From positions 64,001 to 128,000 of the forward strand of contig CAWDSQ010000030.1 in NCBI GenBank assembly GCA_963804955.1: DNA of 64,000 nucleotides, given 5' to 3'. Of the stretch, positions 19,551-30,189 are shown piece by piece. Under the pieces are notes generated by a model. The model did not search any database. It had not been told where the DNA came from and was given only the letters and a program-made list of their open reading frames with translations. This DNA is from an uncultured delta proteobacterium. Lineage in GTDB: Bacteria; Desulfobacterota; WTBG01; CAIYCZ01; CAIRTM01. The first letter of the stretch is position 1, and each line of letters opens with the position of its first letter. The translations under genes and the position numbers were made by a program.

Positions 19551-20720
19551 CTATATGATATTTAGTTCTCTACCTGTTTTCTCAATTGCTTCGAGCGCCC
19601 GGGCCAGGTCCTGCCGGGTATGGCTGGCCATTACCGTGATGCGCAGGCGCGATGAGCCCTGCGGCACTGTGGGCGGCCTGATCGCCTGAATGAAAATGCC
19701 CTCTTCAAAAAGGCGGCGCGCCATGGCAACTGCCTTTTCCGGCTCTCCGATCAGCAGGGGGATGATCTGCGTGGAGCTGTCAAGGGTGTTGAATCCACGG
19801 GCACTGAGTCCTTCGCGCATGAAATCGGCATTGTCTGCAAGCCTGTTGCGCAGTTCAGGCTCCTCCTCAAGAATCAGCAGCGCCTCCAGGGCTGCAGCCG
19901 CAGCAGCCGGCGGCAGGGCAGTGGTAAAGATGAAGCTTCGTGCCCGGTTGATCAGGTATTCCCGCAGATCGCGGGAGCCAGCAATGCAGGCGCCGAAGCT
20001 GCCCAGTGCTTTGCCAAGGGTGGCCATGACGATGATATCGGGCCGGCCCGCAAGGCCGAAATGCTCAAGCGTGCCGCGGCCCGTCGGGCCGAGGGCGCCC
20101 GTGCCGTGGGCGTCATCAACGATGAGGGCTCCGTCATACCTGCTGCTGAGTGCCGCAAGTTCGGGCAGGGGCGCAAGATCGCCGTCCATGCTGAAGACGC
20201 CGTCGGTAACGATGATGCGCCTGCGTGCGTGACCGAATTTTTTCAGAAGCCCTTCAAGGGCCTGCATGTCGCGATGGGGATAGACCTTGATGCAGGCATG
20301 GCTCAGGCGGCAGCCGTCTATAATGCTTGCATGGTTCAGCTCATCGCTGAAGATGACATCCTCGGGCCCGGCCAGAGCCTGCAAAAGGCCCGTATTTGCC
20401 ATATACCCGGTATTGAATACAAGGGCAGCTTCGGTTTTTTTGAACCGGGCAAGGGCCGCCTCAAGCTCATCAAAAAGTGTCGTGTTGCCGGTGATTAAAC
20501 GGGAAGCCCCCGACCCCGTGCCCCAGCGCTCGATCGCCTCCTGCGCCCGGGCCTTCATGCGCGGATGCGCTGCAAGGCCAAGGTAGTCGTTTGAGGCAAG
20601 CAGCAGAACCTGCCTGCCGTCGATGGTGACATGCGGGCCCGAGGCAGACGCACAGCTTACCATTCTGCGGTACAGCCCCGCCTGCTCCAGAGATGTCAGT
20701 TCGTGGTTCAGATTCAACAT
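19551..20720 (-). CDS. bioF: 8-amino-7-oxononanoate synthase
   Basis: SNDYLGL, GSGASRL, NHASIIDG, DDAH, TLGKA, IRPPTVP. Confidence 0.95.
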   Translation of the reverse strand: MLNLNHELTSLEQAGLYRRMVSCASASGPHVTIDGRQVLLLASNDYLGLAAHPRMKARAQEAIERWGTGSGASRLITGNTTLFDELEAALARFKKTEAALVFNTGYMANTGLLQALAGPEDVIFSDELNHASIIDGCRLSHACIKVYPHRDMQALEGLLKKFGHARRRIIVTDGVFSMDGDLAPLPELAALSSRYDGALIVDDAHGTGALGPTGRGTLEHFGLAGRPDIIVMATLGKALGSFGACIAGSRDLREYLINRARSFIFTTALPPAAAAAALEALLILEEEPELRNRLADNADFMREGLSARGFNTLDSSTQIIPLLIGEPEKAVAMARRLFEEGIFIQAIRPPTVPQGSSRLRITVMASHTRQDLARALEAIEKTGRELNII

Positions 20721-20886
20721 GGCATGACGATAGCCGACGCGGGGACGCTTGTCAACAGCACTGTGGTGATGCCTGATTGGCAGAGGCTGCGCACGGAAGC
20801 ACTCTTATGGACATGGTGTTTTTGCAGCTGCGCTTCAAGCCGTGACTGCCGCGCTGTGGTGTTCATGCAACCGTTACACGTGACGG

Positions 20887-22359
20887 CTACTGGTCCTTTA
20901 AGAAGGGCTTTATATTGCGCATGGCGATGGCCAGAAACGGCTTTGGCGTCACGATTTTGGCAGCCTGCACTACCGTATCCTCATCAATTATATTGTTCAC
21001 GGCAAGCTCTTTAATCGAGCGTACCAGCTTCTCCCGCACGCGGGATCTGAAGCCAAGGGGGCTGCTTTGCACCAGAAGGTCAAGCATCTTTTCGGAGTTT
21101 CCCTGCCAGACAGGCCCGCGTTCCTGCTGCGGAGGCTCTTTGGTGAGCCACTGGGCGCCGCGCCCGAACTGGAGCATGCCGGTCATCAGGGTCGGCTGGT
21201 CGTTCTGCGTCTGCTCCGCCGGCTGCTGCAGGCGCATAATTTCCTCATTCACCAGCGCAAGGTTCCAGGGGCTCTTGGCCTGAGTCAATCCCGGCCGCAT
21301 ATCGCTGACCAGTGCGCCGTCCGTTTTATCCGCATAGCGAATAAAAAGCTCGGCCATTTTTTCGCCGGCCTCCACAAGCCAGTCGGCTTCCGGCGGCGGA
21401 AAGCGCTCCATTTTGGAACCTGTCAGCTGTACCCGGGTGATGGGCAGCGGCGCAATGCCTTTTGACAGCCGCTCTTCCAGCCCTTCCAGCAGCGATTCCA
21501 TGGGCTCGAGCCCCATGAGCAGAAAGCTCACCGTGCCGCGGCCGGGACCGAAAATATCCCGCGAGGCAATCTGGGCATCTTTCCAGTATGCATGGGGCCG
21601 GAAGCTGTTTTTGCCGGGGCAGATAGCCGCAAAATAGTTCGAATCCGCGGTTTCAAGGTCAAACTGCGTGCCGTGAAACCCGAGGTCCTTCCATTTCAGC
21701 ATTTCTGAAAAATTTTCAGGCGGATAGACATTGGCGACAACATGGAGCTGCGAGAACACGTCCGGGCTGAGCGCTTCGCGGATAGGGGTGATGAAGGTTG
21801 CCAGCCGGTCGGTCAGGGTATGCCATTTATCATGCGGGAATGCGCCGCCGTTGAGCGCTACCGTTCCCCGCCAGCCGGCGTCGGTGGCGATTTTTATGAT
21901 TTCGGCATTGCAGGCCGCCAGGTCCTTGAAGGTTTCCGGCGCGAGGTGCTCCATGTCCGTCGGGTTATGCGTGTAAAAGCCGCAATAGTGGCATCCCTCG
22001 CCCCGGTGGCAGTTATCGCAGTAATAATGGATTACCACGTTCATGAGCTTGACGGTGAAGTAGGTGAGGAAGTTGTCTATGGCCTGGCCATTGCTGAGCT
22101 TTATATTGCGCCACGCAGGCCTTTTGATAAGGTGCGCGGTTTCAAGAAGCGTGGCCTCGTCATAGATGGATGCCCGGTCGCCCTTGAAAACTACCCTTAA
22201 ACGCGAGTACGGGTTCATCATGCACTGAACCGGCAGGCCGCTTTTATCGAGCTCGATGGTGTCAAATGAATGCGACTGGCTGAGAGGCTCCTTTGTTTCA
22301 AAGCGAACACCCTCGGACAGAATTCTGGCTTTGATGAAAATATCGTTTTTTGTGATCAT
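20887..22359 (-). CDS. Radical SAM-like protein with C-terminal PCP_red/DUF2621-like helical domain
   Basis: CDNCHRGEGCHYC cluster motif, FAAICPGK, LMGLEPMES; tail SPLGFRSRVREKL...IIDEDTV. Confidence 0.7.
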   Translation of the reverse strand: MITKNDIFIKARILSEGVRFETKEPLSQSHSFDTIELDKSGLPVQCMMNPYSRLRVVFKGDRASIYDEATLLETAHLIKRPAWRNIKLSNGQAIDNFLTYFTVKLMNVVIHYYCDNCHRGEGCHYCGFYTHNPTDMEHLAPETFKDLAACNAEIIKIATDAGWRGTVALNGGAFPHDKWHTLTDRLATFITPIREALSPDVFSQLHVVANVYPPENFSEMLKWKDLGFHGTQFDLETADSNYFAAICPGKNSFRPHAYWKDAQIASRDIFGPGRGTVSFLLMGLEPMESLLEGLEERLSKGIAPLPITRVQLTGSKMERFPPPEADWLVEAGEKMAELFIRYADKTDGALVSDMRPGLTQAKSPWNLALVNEEIMRLQQPAEQTQNDQPTLMTGMLQFGRGAQWLTKEPPQQERGPVWQGNSEKMLDLLVQSSPLGFRSRVREKLVRSIKELAVNNIIDEDTVVQAAKIVTPKPFLAIAMRNIKPFLKDQ

Positions 22360-22777
22360 GGTTTCTGTTCCTTGGCGGTTGGGGTGAGGAGTCTTTTTTA
22401 TAAGGGCTTGTTATAGATTTATATGATGTTGTTTGTGGGTTTTTTGCTAAATATAAAATTACGGCGATTGTGTGTCAAGGCAAATGTCGGCGCATGATGT
22501 TGCAGTGCGCCTTCTGGGTGTTTGCTGCTTTAATCAGTACTGTCGTGCAATCAAATTGCACCTGGCCAAGAGACCCCGTGATTCTCTTATTACGCAAATA
22601 ATAAGCGCCTGCCACGTGAATTATCCCGGGTTGTATGCTATATTTAAATCTATGATCCTCCGGGCAGGGCAGCCCGGCGTGGCCTTTGGCAAGTGAGGAC
22701 AGGCGCTGCCCGCATAGGCGATACGGCGGCACCCCTCACGAAGAAACAGCATATGTAAAACTGAAAGGAGCTTTACC

Positions 22778-22906
22778 ATGGGAGATAAAGGCGGAAAAAA
22801 AGACAAGAACAAAAGCCAGAAACAGAAGTCAATGAAGCATGACCAAAAGGAAAAACAAAAGCATGATAAGCAGCCCAAGAGCCTGCTGATGCGCTCCCCC
22901 GTCTGA
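22778..22906 (+). CDS. 42-aa Lys/Gln-rich small protein
   Basis: SD AAAGGAG; MGDKGGKKDKNKSQKQKSMKHDQKEKQKHDKQPKSLLMRSPV. Confidence 0.65.
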   Translation: MGDKGGKKDKNKSQKQKSMKHDQKEKQKHDKQPKSLLMRSPV

Positions 22907-23086
22907 CAGAGACAGTCGGGTCTGCTTCAAGGTTTGTTGCTCCGGACAAGAGGTGCGGGCCCTGATATGCACAAGGTCACCCCCACCTCTTTTCATTTTT
23001 GTGCCTTTTTCGGGATTTGTGCAAAGTGCAGGCACGAAAGAGCCTGCCATGGTCGTATGCTATTTTAACTAAAAGCCCAGGAGGAA

Positions 23087-23476
23087 ATGACGATGGCACA
23101 GAGAAATGAAATCTACAGGTGTGAACTATGCGGCAACATTGTTGTGGTGCTGCACGGCAGCGACGGGGAACTTGTGTGTTGCGGCAAGGAGATGATACTC
23201 CTTAAGGAAAACTCCGTAGAGGCTGCACAGGAAAAGCATGTGCCGCTCATAGAACACAAGGGCAGCACCTATACGGTTCAGGTCGGCAGCGTAGCGCACC
23301 CCATGGAGGAAAAGCATTATATCGAATTTATTGAGCTTGTGACTGAGGCGCGCGTTTACCGTGCATTCCTGGATCCGGGCAAAAAGCCACTGGCCGAATT
23401 TGATGTCCACGGCAAGGTGCTCGGAGCGCGGGCATACTGCAATGTTCATGGCCTGTGGAAGAGCGCCTGGCAGTAG
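23087..23476 (+). CDS. dfx: Desulfoferrodoxin (2Fe superoxide reductase)
   Basis: CELCGN...LVCCG, EKHVP, HPMEEKHYI, YCNVHGLW. Confidence 0.95.
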   Translation: MTMAQRNEIYRCELCGNIVVVLHGSDGELVCCGKEMILLKENSVEAAQEKHVPLIEHKGSTYTVQVGSVAHPMEEKHYIEFIELVTEARVYRAFLDPGKKPLAEFDVHGKVLGARAYCNVHGLWKSAWQ

Positions 23477-23585
23477 AGCTCTCTTGGGCCGCCTTCAAGT
23501 CATCGATCATAAAACAGCTCCTGGCAGATGAATGGCTCCAGTCTGCTTTGATTGCAGGCCAGGTCACTTGATCCGTGCGGGTGTT

Positions 23586-24503
23586 TCAGTGTGCAGCAAG
23601 CCGTATCGTGAACTTTTCCACCAGCCGCACGGGATGGTAGGAAAGCTTTGCCTGCCGCAGGCCGTCATCACCAAGGTCCTGCTCGCGGTTGACAAACGGA
23701 ACGCCGCTCCAGGCATGCTCGCAGAACTGCTGGTTCATGACAGCATAGAGGCCGGGTATTTGGGCATTAGCTTTCTCTATGTGCACAACGGCAGTGTCTT
23801 TATTTAAAAGCTCTCCAAGCGTAAATGCCTCCACCGCGCCGTTGATGACGATCACCCCGCCCTGCACCGCCAGCCGGTCACAGGAGCCAAGGAGTTCCCT
23901 GATTGCATCCCATTCGCCCATGAGGTTCATATCCTCGCTGCACCGGTTGCAGCCGCACCAGGCGTCCTGAAGCCTCAGGCATGCCTCAATATGCCCTGCT
24001 GTCAGGGGCTCATAGGCAAAGCCATAGGCTGAGCGGAATTTGTTTACATGGTTTTTTTTGCCGTGATACTTGCGGCCGGCAAGCTGGACAAGATCGCCGG
24101 TAGCATACACATAGTCAAAGTGTTCACGCTGGGGCTCAATGGTAAAGCCGGATTGCGCGGCAAGCTCTGCGGCGAGCCGGCCGTCAGCCCGGACGATGCA
24201 GGGCTGTGGTTGTTTTTTTTCTTCCTGAAGCCATGCCAGCAGCAGATGTACCGCTTCTATGCGTACGGAAGGCCCAACCGGCGGGAGGCAGAAAAGACTG
24301 CCGTCTGCAGTACTGCAGAGAAACAGCAGCGTGTTACGCCACAGCGACCACTGCGTAGCGTAGTGCCTGCGCCAGATGAAGAGGTTGGTGAAGGTAAGCT
24401 CAGAGGTCTCGGGCTGATAGGCCCGGAGCAGTTCGCTGATGCTTTCGCGGTCTTCGAGTTCAAGCTGTTTGAATTGCGGGAATACGGGTATGCCAGCCAT
24501 CAT
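23586..24503 (-). CDS. DUF2156 / phosphatidylglycerol lysyltransferase-like GNAT domain protein
   Basis: SELTFTNLFIW, DYVY, LAGRKYHGKKNHVNKF, VHIEKA, NREQDLG, LRQAKLSYHP. Confidence 0.88.
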   Translation of the reverse strand: MMAGIPVFPQFKQLELEDRESISELLRAYQPETSELTFTNLFIWRRHYATQWSLWRNTLLFLCSTADGSLFCLPPVGPSVRIEAVHLLLAWLQEEKKQPQPCIVRADGRLAAELAAQSGFTIEPQREHFDYVYATGDLVQLAGRKYHGKKNHVNKFRSAYGFAYEPLTAGHIEACLRLQDAWCGCNRCSEDMNLMGEWDAIRELLGSCDRLAVQGGVIVINGAVEAFTLGELLNKDTAVVHIEKANAQIPGLYAVMNQQFCEHAWSGVPFVNREQDLGDDGLRQAKLSYHPVRLVEKFTIRLAAH

Positions 24504-24648
24504 ATGTCCTGTTTTAAAATCCAGTACGAATCTAATACAGGATCTGAACGCGTGCAACAGCAATTTTCAAAAGACAGGTTGACAAGATATGCCGGCCTGC
24601 ATATATTCACGCAATGTTCTTCGGTACACTTCAGGCGGGATCGCAACT

Positions 24649-25843
24649 ATGAAACCGGCACTCACCGGCATACGCATAATTGACTTCACGCGGGCGCTTG
24701 CAGGCCCCTACTGCACCATGCTGCTTGCCGACATGGGCGCCGAGGTGATCAAGGTGGAAATGCCCGGCGCGGGCGATGATTCCCGCGGCTGGGGCCCGCC
24801 GTTTGTCGGCTCGGAGTCGGCCTTTTTCCTCAGCATCAACCGCAACAAGAAAAGCATCACCCTTGACCTCAAGCAGGCGGCAGCCCGCGATATAGCGCTG
24901 CGGCTCATCGGCTCGGCTGATATTGTTGTCGAGGGCAGCCGGCCCGGCGTCATGAAGCGCCTCGGGCTTGATTATGAACGTGTATGCAAGCAGCAGCCAG
25001 CGCTTATTTACTGTTCTATTTCGGCTTTCGGCCAGACAGGCCCGTATGCTGAAAAGGCCGGCTACGATCAGGTGCTGCAGGGCTATGGCGGCATTATGGG
25101 GCTGACCGGCGAACCTGACGGCAGGCCCATGAAAGTCGGCCTGTCGATTACTGATCTTACGACGGGCATGTTTGCCGTGATCGGCATAGTCACTGCCCTG
25201 TATCACCGGCAGCAGAGCGGCCGGGGCCAGTATATCGATGCCGCCATGCTCGACGGCCAGGTCTCCTGGCTCACGTATCAGGCGCAGAGGTACTGGGCAA
25301 GCGGCGAAATACCCGCACGGTCCGGTGCAGGGCAGGGGCTGATCGTTCCCCACCAGTCGGTTGAAACTGCCGACGGCTTCATCAATATTGCCGTGGGCAA
25401 TGAAAATCTTTGGCAATGTTTACTAGAAGTCATGGGGCTTGACCGCTGGCTCAAAGATGATCCGCGGTTTGCGACGAATCCCTCACGGGTAGAAAATCGT
25501 CATGACTTGCTGGACATACTTGAGCCCATATTCAAGGCACAGCCGTCATCGCGCACTGGCTGGAGCTTTTCGATAAGGCAGGCATACCCTGCGGGCCCAT
25601 TTATACCGTTGACCAGGTGGTGACCGATCCGCAGGTGCTGGCGCGCGACATGGTGTCGCAGGTGAGCCACCCGGCCTATGGCACAATCAATATGCTCGGC
25701 TTTCCCATTAAATTTTCTGAAACGCCGGGGCTCAGCCCCTCTGCCCCTCCGACGCTGGGGAGCATACCGAAGAAGTATTGAAAGGCCTGGGTATGAGCGA
25801 TGCGGAAGTGCAAACATTGCGGGAAGAAAAAATTATTCATTGA
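24649..25843 (+). CDS. Family III CoA-transferase (CaiB/BaiF), frameshifts near 25550 and 25760
   Basis: LAGPYCTMLLADMGAEVIKVE, NRNKKSITLDLK, GYD; C-terminal PIKFSETP...PPTLG(E)HT in shifted frames. Confidence 0.92.
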
Positions 25844-25887
25844 TGAAGATATAGTAAGTCGTGAATCCGGTGCGAACCGGGGCCAGA

Positions 25888-25946
25888 GCAGGGGCAGGCC
25901 TGCTTGTCTGCCCATAACAAGGGCGCACACACAGGTGCGCCCCTAC
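25888..25946. repeat. GTAG-family REP doublet
   Basis: GCAGGGGCAGGCCTGCTTGTCTGCCC ... GGGCGCACACACAGGTGCGCCCCTAC. Confidence 0.7.
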
Positions 25947-25963
25947 GAAGGAAATCGCATTGC

Positions 25964-27359
25964 ATGAAACTATCCGCCATACTGTTCGACAAGCACAATC
26001 CCCGATTGCTTTCCGTGCTTTCGGCGTCATCCGCTCATTGCTGCAACGCTTTACTGCGACGGGCCGGGAGGTGCGGCTGTCAGCCGCGCGCTTGAAAAGG
26101 CAGGTGATGCAGGCTATGCGCTCATAGTCCCCGCCTCAGAAGGCCTTGCGCTGTCTGATGCTGATCTGCGCCGGCTGTGCGCCGCAGCGGCAGAGCGGCA
26201 GGCAGGCCTTCTGTATGCCAATTACTTCGCGGGGTCGCGGACAGATGCCTCGGTTGTAAAACTTGCCGGATACCAGGCCGGCAGCATTCGCGATGATTTT
26301 TCCTTCGGCCCGGTGCAGCTGTACAGCATGCAGGCGGTGCGGCAGGCATTTGAAAAATACGGTGCTCTCTCTGATACACAATGGGCTGGGCTCTATGAAC
26401 TGCGGCTCAAGGTGTCGTGCGCAGCGCCGGTCGTGCATCTGGCTGAGCCGTGCGCGCTGCTAGCCGGGGGCGGAGACCTGAAAAAATCACAGTTTGCCTA
26501 TGTCGATCCGCGGCAGGTTGCCTATCAAAAAGAGATGGAGGCAGTGGCAACAGAGCATCTCAAACGCATCGGCGCCTACTGCAGCCATGAACCGCTGCCC
26601 CCTCCCGATGATGGCGCAGCCTATCCCGTTGAGGCAAGCATTGTCATCCCGGTGCGCAACCGGGAGCGCACGATTGCCGATGCCGTGGGCAGCGCTCTTT
26701 CGCAGAAAGCTGAGTTCGCGTTTAATGTACTTGTCGTGCAGAACCATTCCACTGACCGCACCGGTGCGATACTCGATGAACTGGCGGCCCGCGACAGCCG
26801 CGTTGTGCATATTATTCCGCAGCGCACGGATCTGGGCATCGGCGGCTGCTGGAATGAAGCCGTGCAGTCGGCCCGGTGCGGGCGTTTTGTCTGCCAGCTT
26901 GATTCAGATGATCTTTATACTGATGGGCATACGCTGGCAAAAGTTATCGGTATGCTTCGTGAGAGCCGCCACGGCATGGTTGTTGGCGCTTACCGTCTCG
27001 TGAATTTCAACCTCGAAGAACTGCCGCCCGGCATTATCGACCATCGCGAGTGGAGCGACGATAACGGCCGCAATAATCTTTTGCGGGTGAACGGCATCGG
27101 CGCGCCCCGCGCCTTTGCCGCAAGCCTTCTGCGCCGGTTCCCGTTCCCGAACGTAAGCTATGGCGAGGACTATGCCGTGTCGCTGCGGATATCACGGGAC
27201 TATACGGTCGGCAGGATCTATGAGCCCGTTTATCTCTGCCGGCGGTGGGAGGACAATACGGACGCGCAGCTCTCAAACGAGCAGGAAGTGCGCTATGCGG
27301 AGTATAAGGACAGCCTGCGCACCCGGGAAATGAACGAGCGGCAGTTGCAGAATCGTTGA
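25964..27359 (+). CDS. Glycosyltransferase family 2 (N-terminal part frameshifted)
   Basis: SIVIPVRNRERTI, GIGGCWN, QLDSDD, SYGEDY; start at ATG 25964 is tentative. Confidence 0.85.
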
Positions 27360-27369
27360 ACGGTAATCC

Positions 27370-27697
27370 CTATTCAACGTTCTTGTCGTAGTATCCTTCA
27401 TCATAGAGCTTTTCATCGTCCCGCACCTGATAGCGGATCAGGACGATGGCCAGGCCTATGAGCAGCCACAAGCCCGCAAGGCCGTAGAGCCTGTCGCCGG
27501 TTACAGCGCGTGATTTCTCCACCTGGTCAAGCGACACTTTCCGGAGCTGTGCCTCGGTGGCGGCATCCTGGACCTCTTCGGTCGCAATGGTCCTGCTGGC
27601 AGCAGGAGTCTGCAGGCTCTGCCGCACAGGCATTGCGCGCAGGCAGGCCGCTCCACAGCAGCATGCCGATGAAAACCAGTAAGCAGATCTTCTTCAT
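27370..27697 (-). CDS. Small exported/membrane protein at the end of the Rieske-cytochrome b operon (frameshift near 27600)
   Basis: Signal-like MKKICLLVFIGMLLWSGLPA, continuing in ORF 27370-27633 with one TM (LYGLAGLWLLIGLAIVLI). Confidence 0.65.
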
Positions 27698-27711
27698 ACC
27701 CCTGCCACCTC

Positions 27712-28788
27712 TCAGGAAAAATAACCGATAAGAGTACAGATCACGAACACCAGCAGGCTCATGACGCCGATTATAGTAAATACAGGGCTCAGCTCTCCGC
27801 GCTGCGACCTGCGGTCGATAAACGGTGCACACGTTATGCAGAGGGCCGCAGCGGCAAGGCCCACAATGCCCACGACTTCTCCCTCGATGCCCGCAATGAA
27901 TGTGGGCAGCCATTTCAGTATCTGATAGACCCAGAGGAAGAACCAGTCTGGCTTGACCCCTTCAGGTGCGGGCTTCAAATAATCTATTTCCTGCCCGAGC
28001 TCAGAGGGCATGATGACGGCAAGGGTCGCTACAAGGCCCAGCAGCAGCAGGCAATTGACAATATCGTGCCAGAGCAGGTGCGGAAACATGGGCTTGGCCG
28101 GCAGCGTCTTTTTTTCCGCCGCAGCTTTTTTCAGAATGGAGACGGGTACGCTCATGCCCAGCAACTGCACGAGCAGCAGATGCACGCCCACTATGAGCAG
28201 GAGCGCCGCCGGCAGCACGCCTACATGCAGGGCAAAGAACCGGTTCAGGGTCTGGGGCCCGACATTTTCGCCGCCCCTCAGGAATTCAAGAATGTATGTG
28301 CCCACCACCGGTATGGCGCCGGGCATGTCGGTTCCCACGTTCAGGGCAAAGAATGCGCGCTCGTCAAAGGGCAGGGTGTAGCCGCTGTAGCCAAGGAACA
28401 TGACCACCACCAGCAGCGCCATGCCCGTAAGCCAGGTGATCTCCCGGGGCCTGCGGTACGCCTTCACAAAGAACGTGGAGAAGAAGTGCACGAAGGCCAC
28501 CACGATCATCAGGTTGCTGGCCCAGTGGTGTACAGAGCGGATGAGCCAGCCGTAGGGAACATTCACCATGATCTCGGCTATGCTCTGGTAGGCGGTTTCC
28601 GCCGAGGGCTTATAGTAAAAAAGGAGCATGATGCCGGTGAGCCCCTGGATCATGAAGAGGAAGAGCAGCAGGCCGCCCATGTAGTACCAGACCGAGTGCC
28701 GGTGCATGGGCACCATTTTTTTGCGGGCAAGGCTGATGATGGCATCAAGCCCGATGCGCTCATTGATTTCTTTTTTAACGTCGAACAT
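27712..28788 (-). CDS. Cytochrome b of a Rieske/cytochrome b complex (unsplit)
   Basis: GWLIRSVHHW, RFFALHV, VHLLLVQ, and PDWFFL (PEWY-equivalent). Confidence 0.93.
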   Translation of the reverse strand: MFDVKKEINERIGLDAIISLARKKMVPMHRHSVWYYMGGLLLFLFMIQGLTGIMLLFYYKPSAETAYQSIAEIMVNVPYGWLIRSVHHWASNLMIVVAFVHFFSTFFVKAYRRPREITWLTGMALLVVVMFLGYSGYTLPFDERAFFALNVGTDMPGAIPVVGTYILEFLRGGENVGPQTLNRFFALHVGVLPAALLLIVGVHLLLVQLLGMSVPVSILKKAAAEKKTLPAKPMFPHLLWHDIVNCLLLLGLVATLAVIMPSELGQEIDYLKPAPEGVKPDWFFLWVYQILKWLPTFIAGIEGEVVGIVGLAAAALCITCAPFIDRRSQRGELSPVFTIIGVMSLLVFVICTLIGYFS

Positions 28789-28805
28789 CCTTCAGCCTTT
28801 TTATA

Positions 28806-29273
28806 CTATGCCTTTTCATCATTGTGCTCCCGGAGCGACAGCACCAGCCTGCCCCCTTCTTGTGTCAGCTCAAATACGTCAAGGGGCCGCGGCGGAGGGC
28901 CTGCCACATTGATGCCCGCGTCGTCGAAATAGCCCTCATGGCAGGCGCAGAAAAACTGCTTCGTGTCAGGCCTGTACTGCACAGTGCAGTCCAGGTGCGT
29001 GCACTTGGCCGAAAAGGCCCGCAGCTCGCCTGATGCGGTCTTAAGGAGCACGCCGGGCAGGCGGCCGTATTTGAAATACACAGCCGAGTTCGGCGCAAGC
29101 TTCTCAACGTCGGCCAGCGGCACGGTCACAGCCTTGGGCAGGGGTATTTTCTTTTTGAAAAACAGGAACCCTGCAACCGGATAAAGGGCGTATGCCGCAA
29201 GCGAAGCAAGGCTGCCGGTGATGAACCCCGTTATGAGCTGACGTCGCGAAAGGATTGATTCTCTAAGTTTCAT
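28806..29273 (-). CDS. Rieske 2Fe-2S protein with Tat signal/anchor
   Basis: SRRQLI, CTHLDC, CACHEGYF, GPPPRPL. Confidence 0.95.
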   Translation of the reverse strand: MKLRESILSRRQLITGFITGSLASLAAYALYPVAGFLFFKKKIPLPKAVTVPLADVEKLAPNSAVYFKYGRLPGVLLKTASGELRAFSAKCTHLDCTVQYRPDTKQFFCACHEGYFDDAGINVAGPPPRPLDVFELTQEGGRLVLSLREHNDEKA

Positions 29274-29289
29274 GCCAAGCCTTTTTTAG

Positions 29290-29413
29290 CAGGCTGTTGA
29301 AAAACGCCCATTTGCTGCGTTGCGTTCATCATGCTTCACTGCGGCGTACGAACAAGTACGCCTCATTCGCATGATTTCACACGCCTTGCATCTGAACATT
29401 TTTGAACAGCCTG
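29290..29413. mobile_element. MITE-like element between sdhB and the Rieske gene
   Basis: Terminal inverted repeats CAGGCTGTTGAAAAA / TTTTTGAACAGCCTG; non-coding interior. Confidence 0.65.
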
Positions 29414-29439
29414 TATTCATAGACTTTTTAAACAACCTA

Positions 29440-30189
29440 TTAAAGTAACCGAAATAGTTTTTTAAATTTGTACGCCACCAGCTTGCGCCGCAGGGCCTCG
29501 ATAGTGTCCGTGGGCCTGATATCTTTCGGGCAGGCGTCGACGCAGCGGAATATGGTGTGGCATGCCCACAGGCCCTGGGCGTTATTGACCCGTTCAAGAA
29601 ACTGCGGGCCACGCTGGTCGCGCGAGTCCTGCATAAAGCGGAAAAGCTTGGCGATGGCCGCCGGGCCGAGATACTTTTCGTCGAACCGCACCACCGGGCA
29701 GGAGCCGTAGCAGCAGGCGCACAGTATGCAGTTGACATAGGGGTCAAGGCTGACTACCGCATCATGGGACTGGAGCCGCTCTTTTTCCGGCCTGTCGCCG
29801 TTGACATGAAGCCAGGGCTCCACGCGGCGGTAGGCTTCCCAGAATGGCTTCATGTCAACGACCATGTCGCGGATTATCTCCATGTTCGGGAGGGGCTCAA
29901 TGAGAACCTGGCTGCCTATGAGGCTCGTGAGCTGGGTTCGGCAGGCGAGCACGGGAGCGCCGTTTACCAGCATACCGCAGGAGCCGCACACGGCGCTGCG
30001 GCAGGAGTAGCGGACTGCTATGCTGTCGTCCTCGGTCTCGTGGATATTTAAAAGCGCCTCCAGAACCGTGCGGCCCCGGGGGTAGGTTTTGACAAAGGTA
30101 TCATAGCGCGGCGCTGAGTCCACGTCGGGATCGAAGCGAAATATCTTGAACGTATACTGAATATCAGTATTTGCGTTCTGTGGGCTCAT
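29440..30189 (-). CDS. sdhB: Succinate dehydrogenase/fumarate reductase Fe-S subunit
   Basis: SCRSAVCGSC, CILCACCYGSCP, CHTIFRCVDACP. Confidence 0.95.
   Translation of the reverse strand: MSPQNANTDIQYTFKIFRFDPDVDSAPRYDTFVKTYPRGRTVLEALLNIHETEDDSIAVRYSCRSAVCGSCGMLVNGAPVLACRTQLTSLIGSQVLIEPLPNMEIIRDMVVDMKPFWEAYRRVEPWLHVNGDRPEKERLQSHDAVVSLDPYVNCILCACCYGSCPVVRFDEKYLGPAAIAKLFRFMQDSRDQRGPQFLERVNNAQGLWACHTIFRCVDACPKDIRPTDTIEALRRKLVAYKFKKLFRLL

Noticed and set aside
20887..22359. Biotin synthase BioB completing the bio operon
   Set aside because: Lacks the BioB Cx3Cx2C context and recognisable BioB motifs, and is longer with an extra domain.
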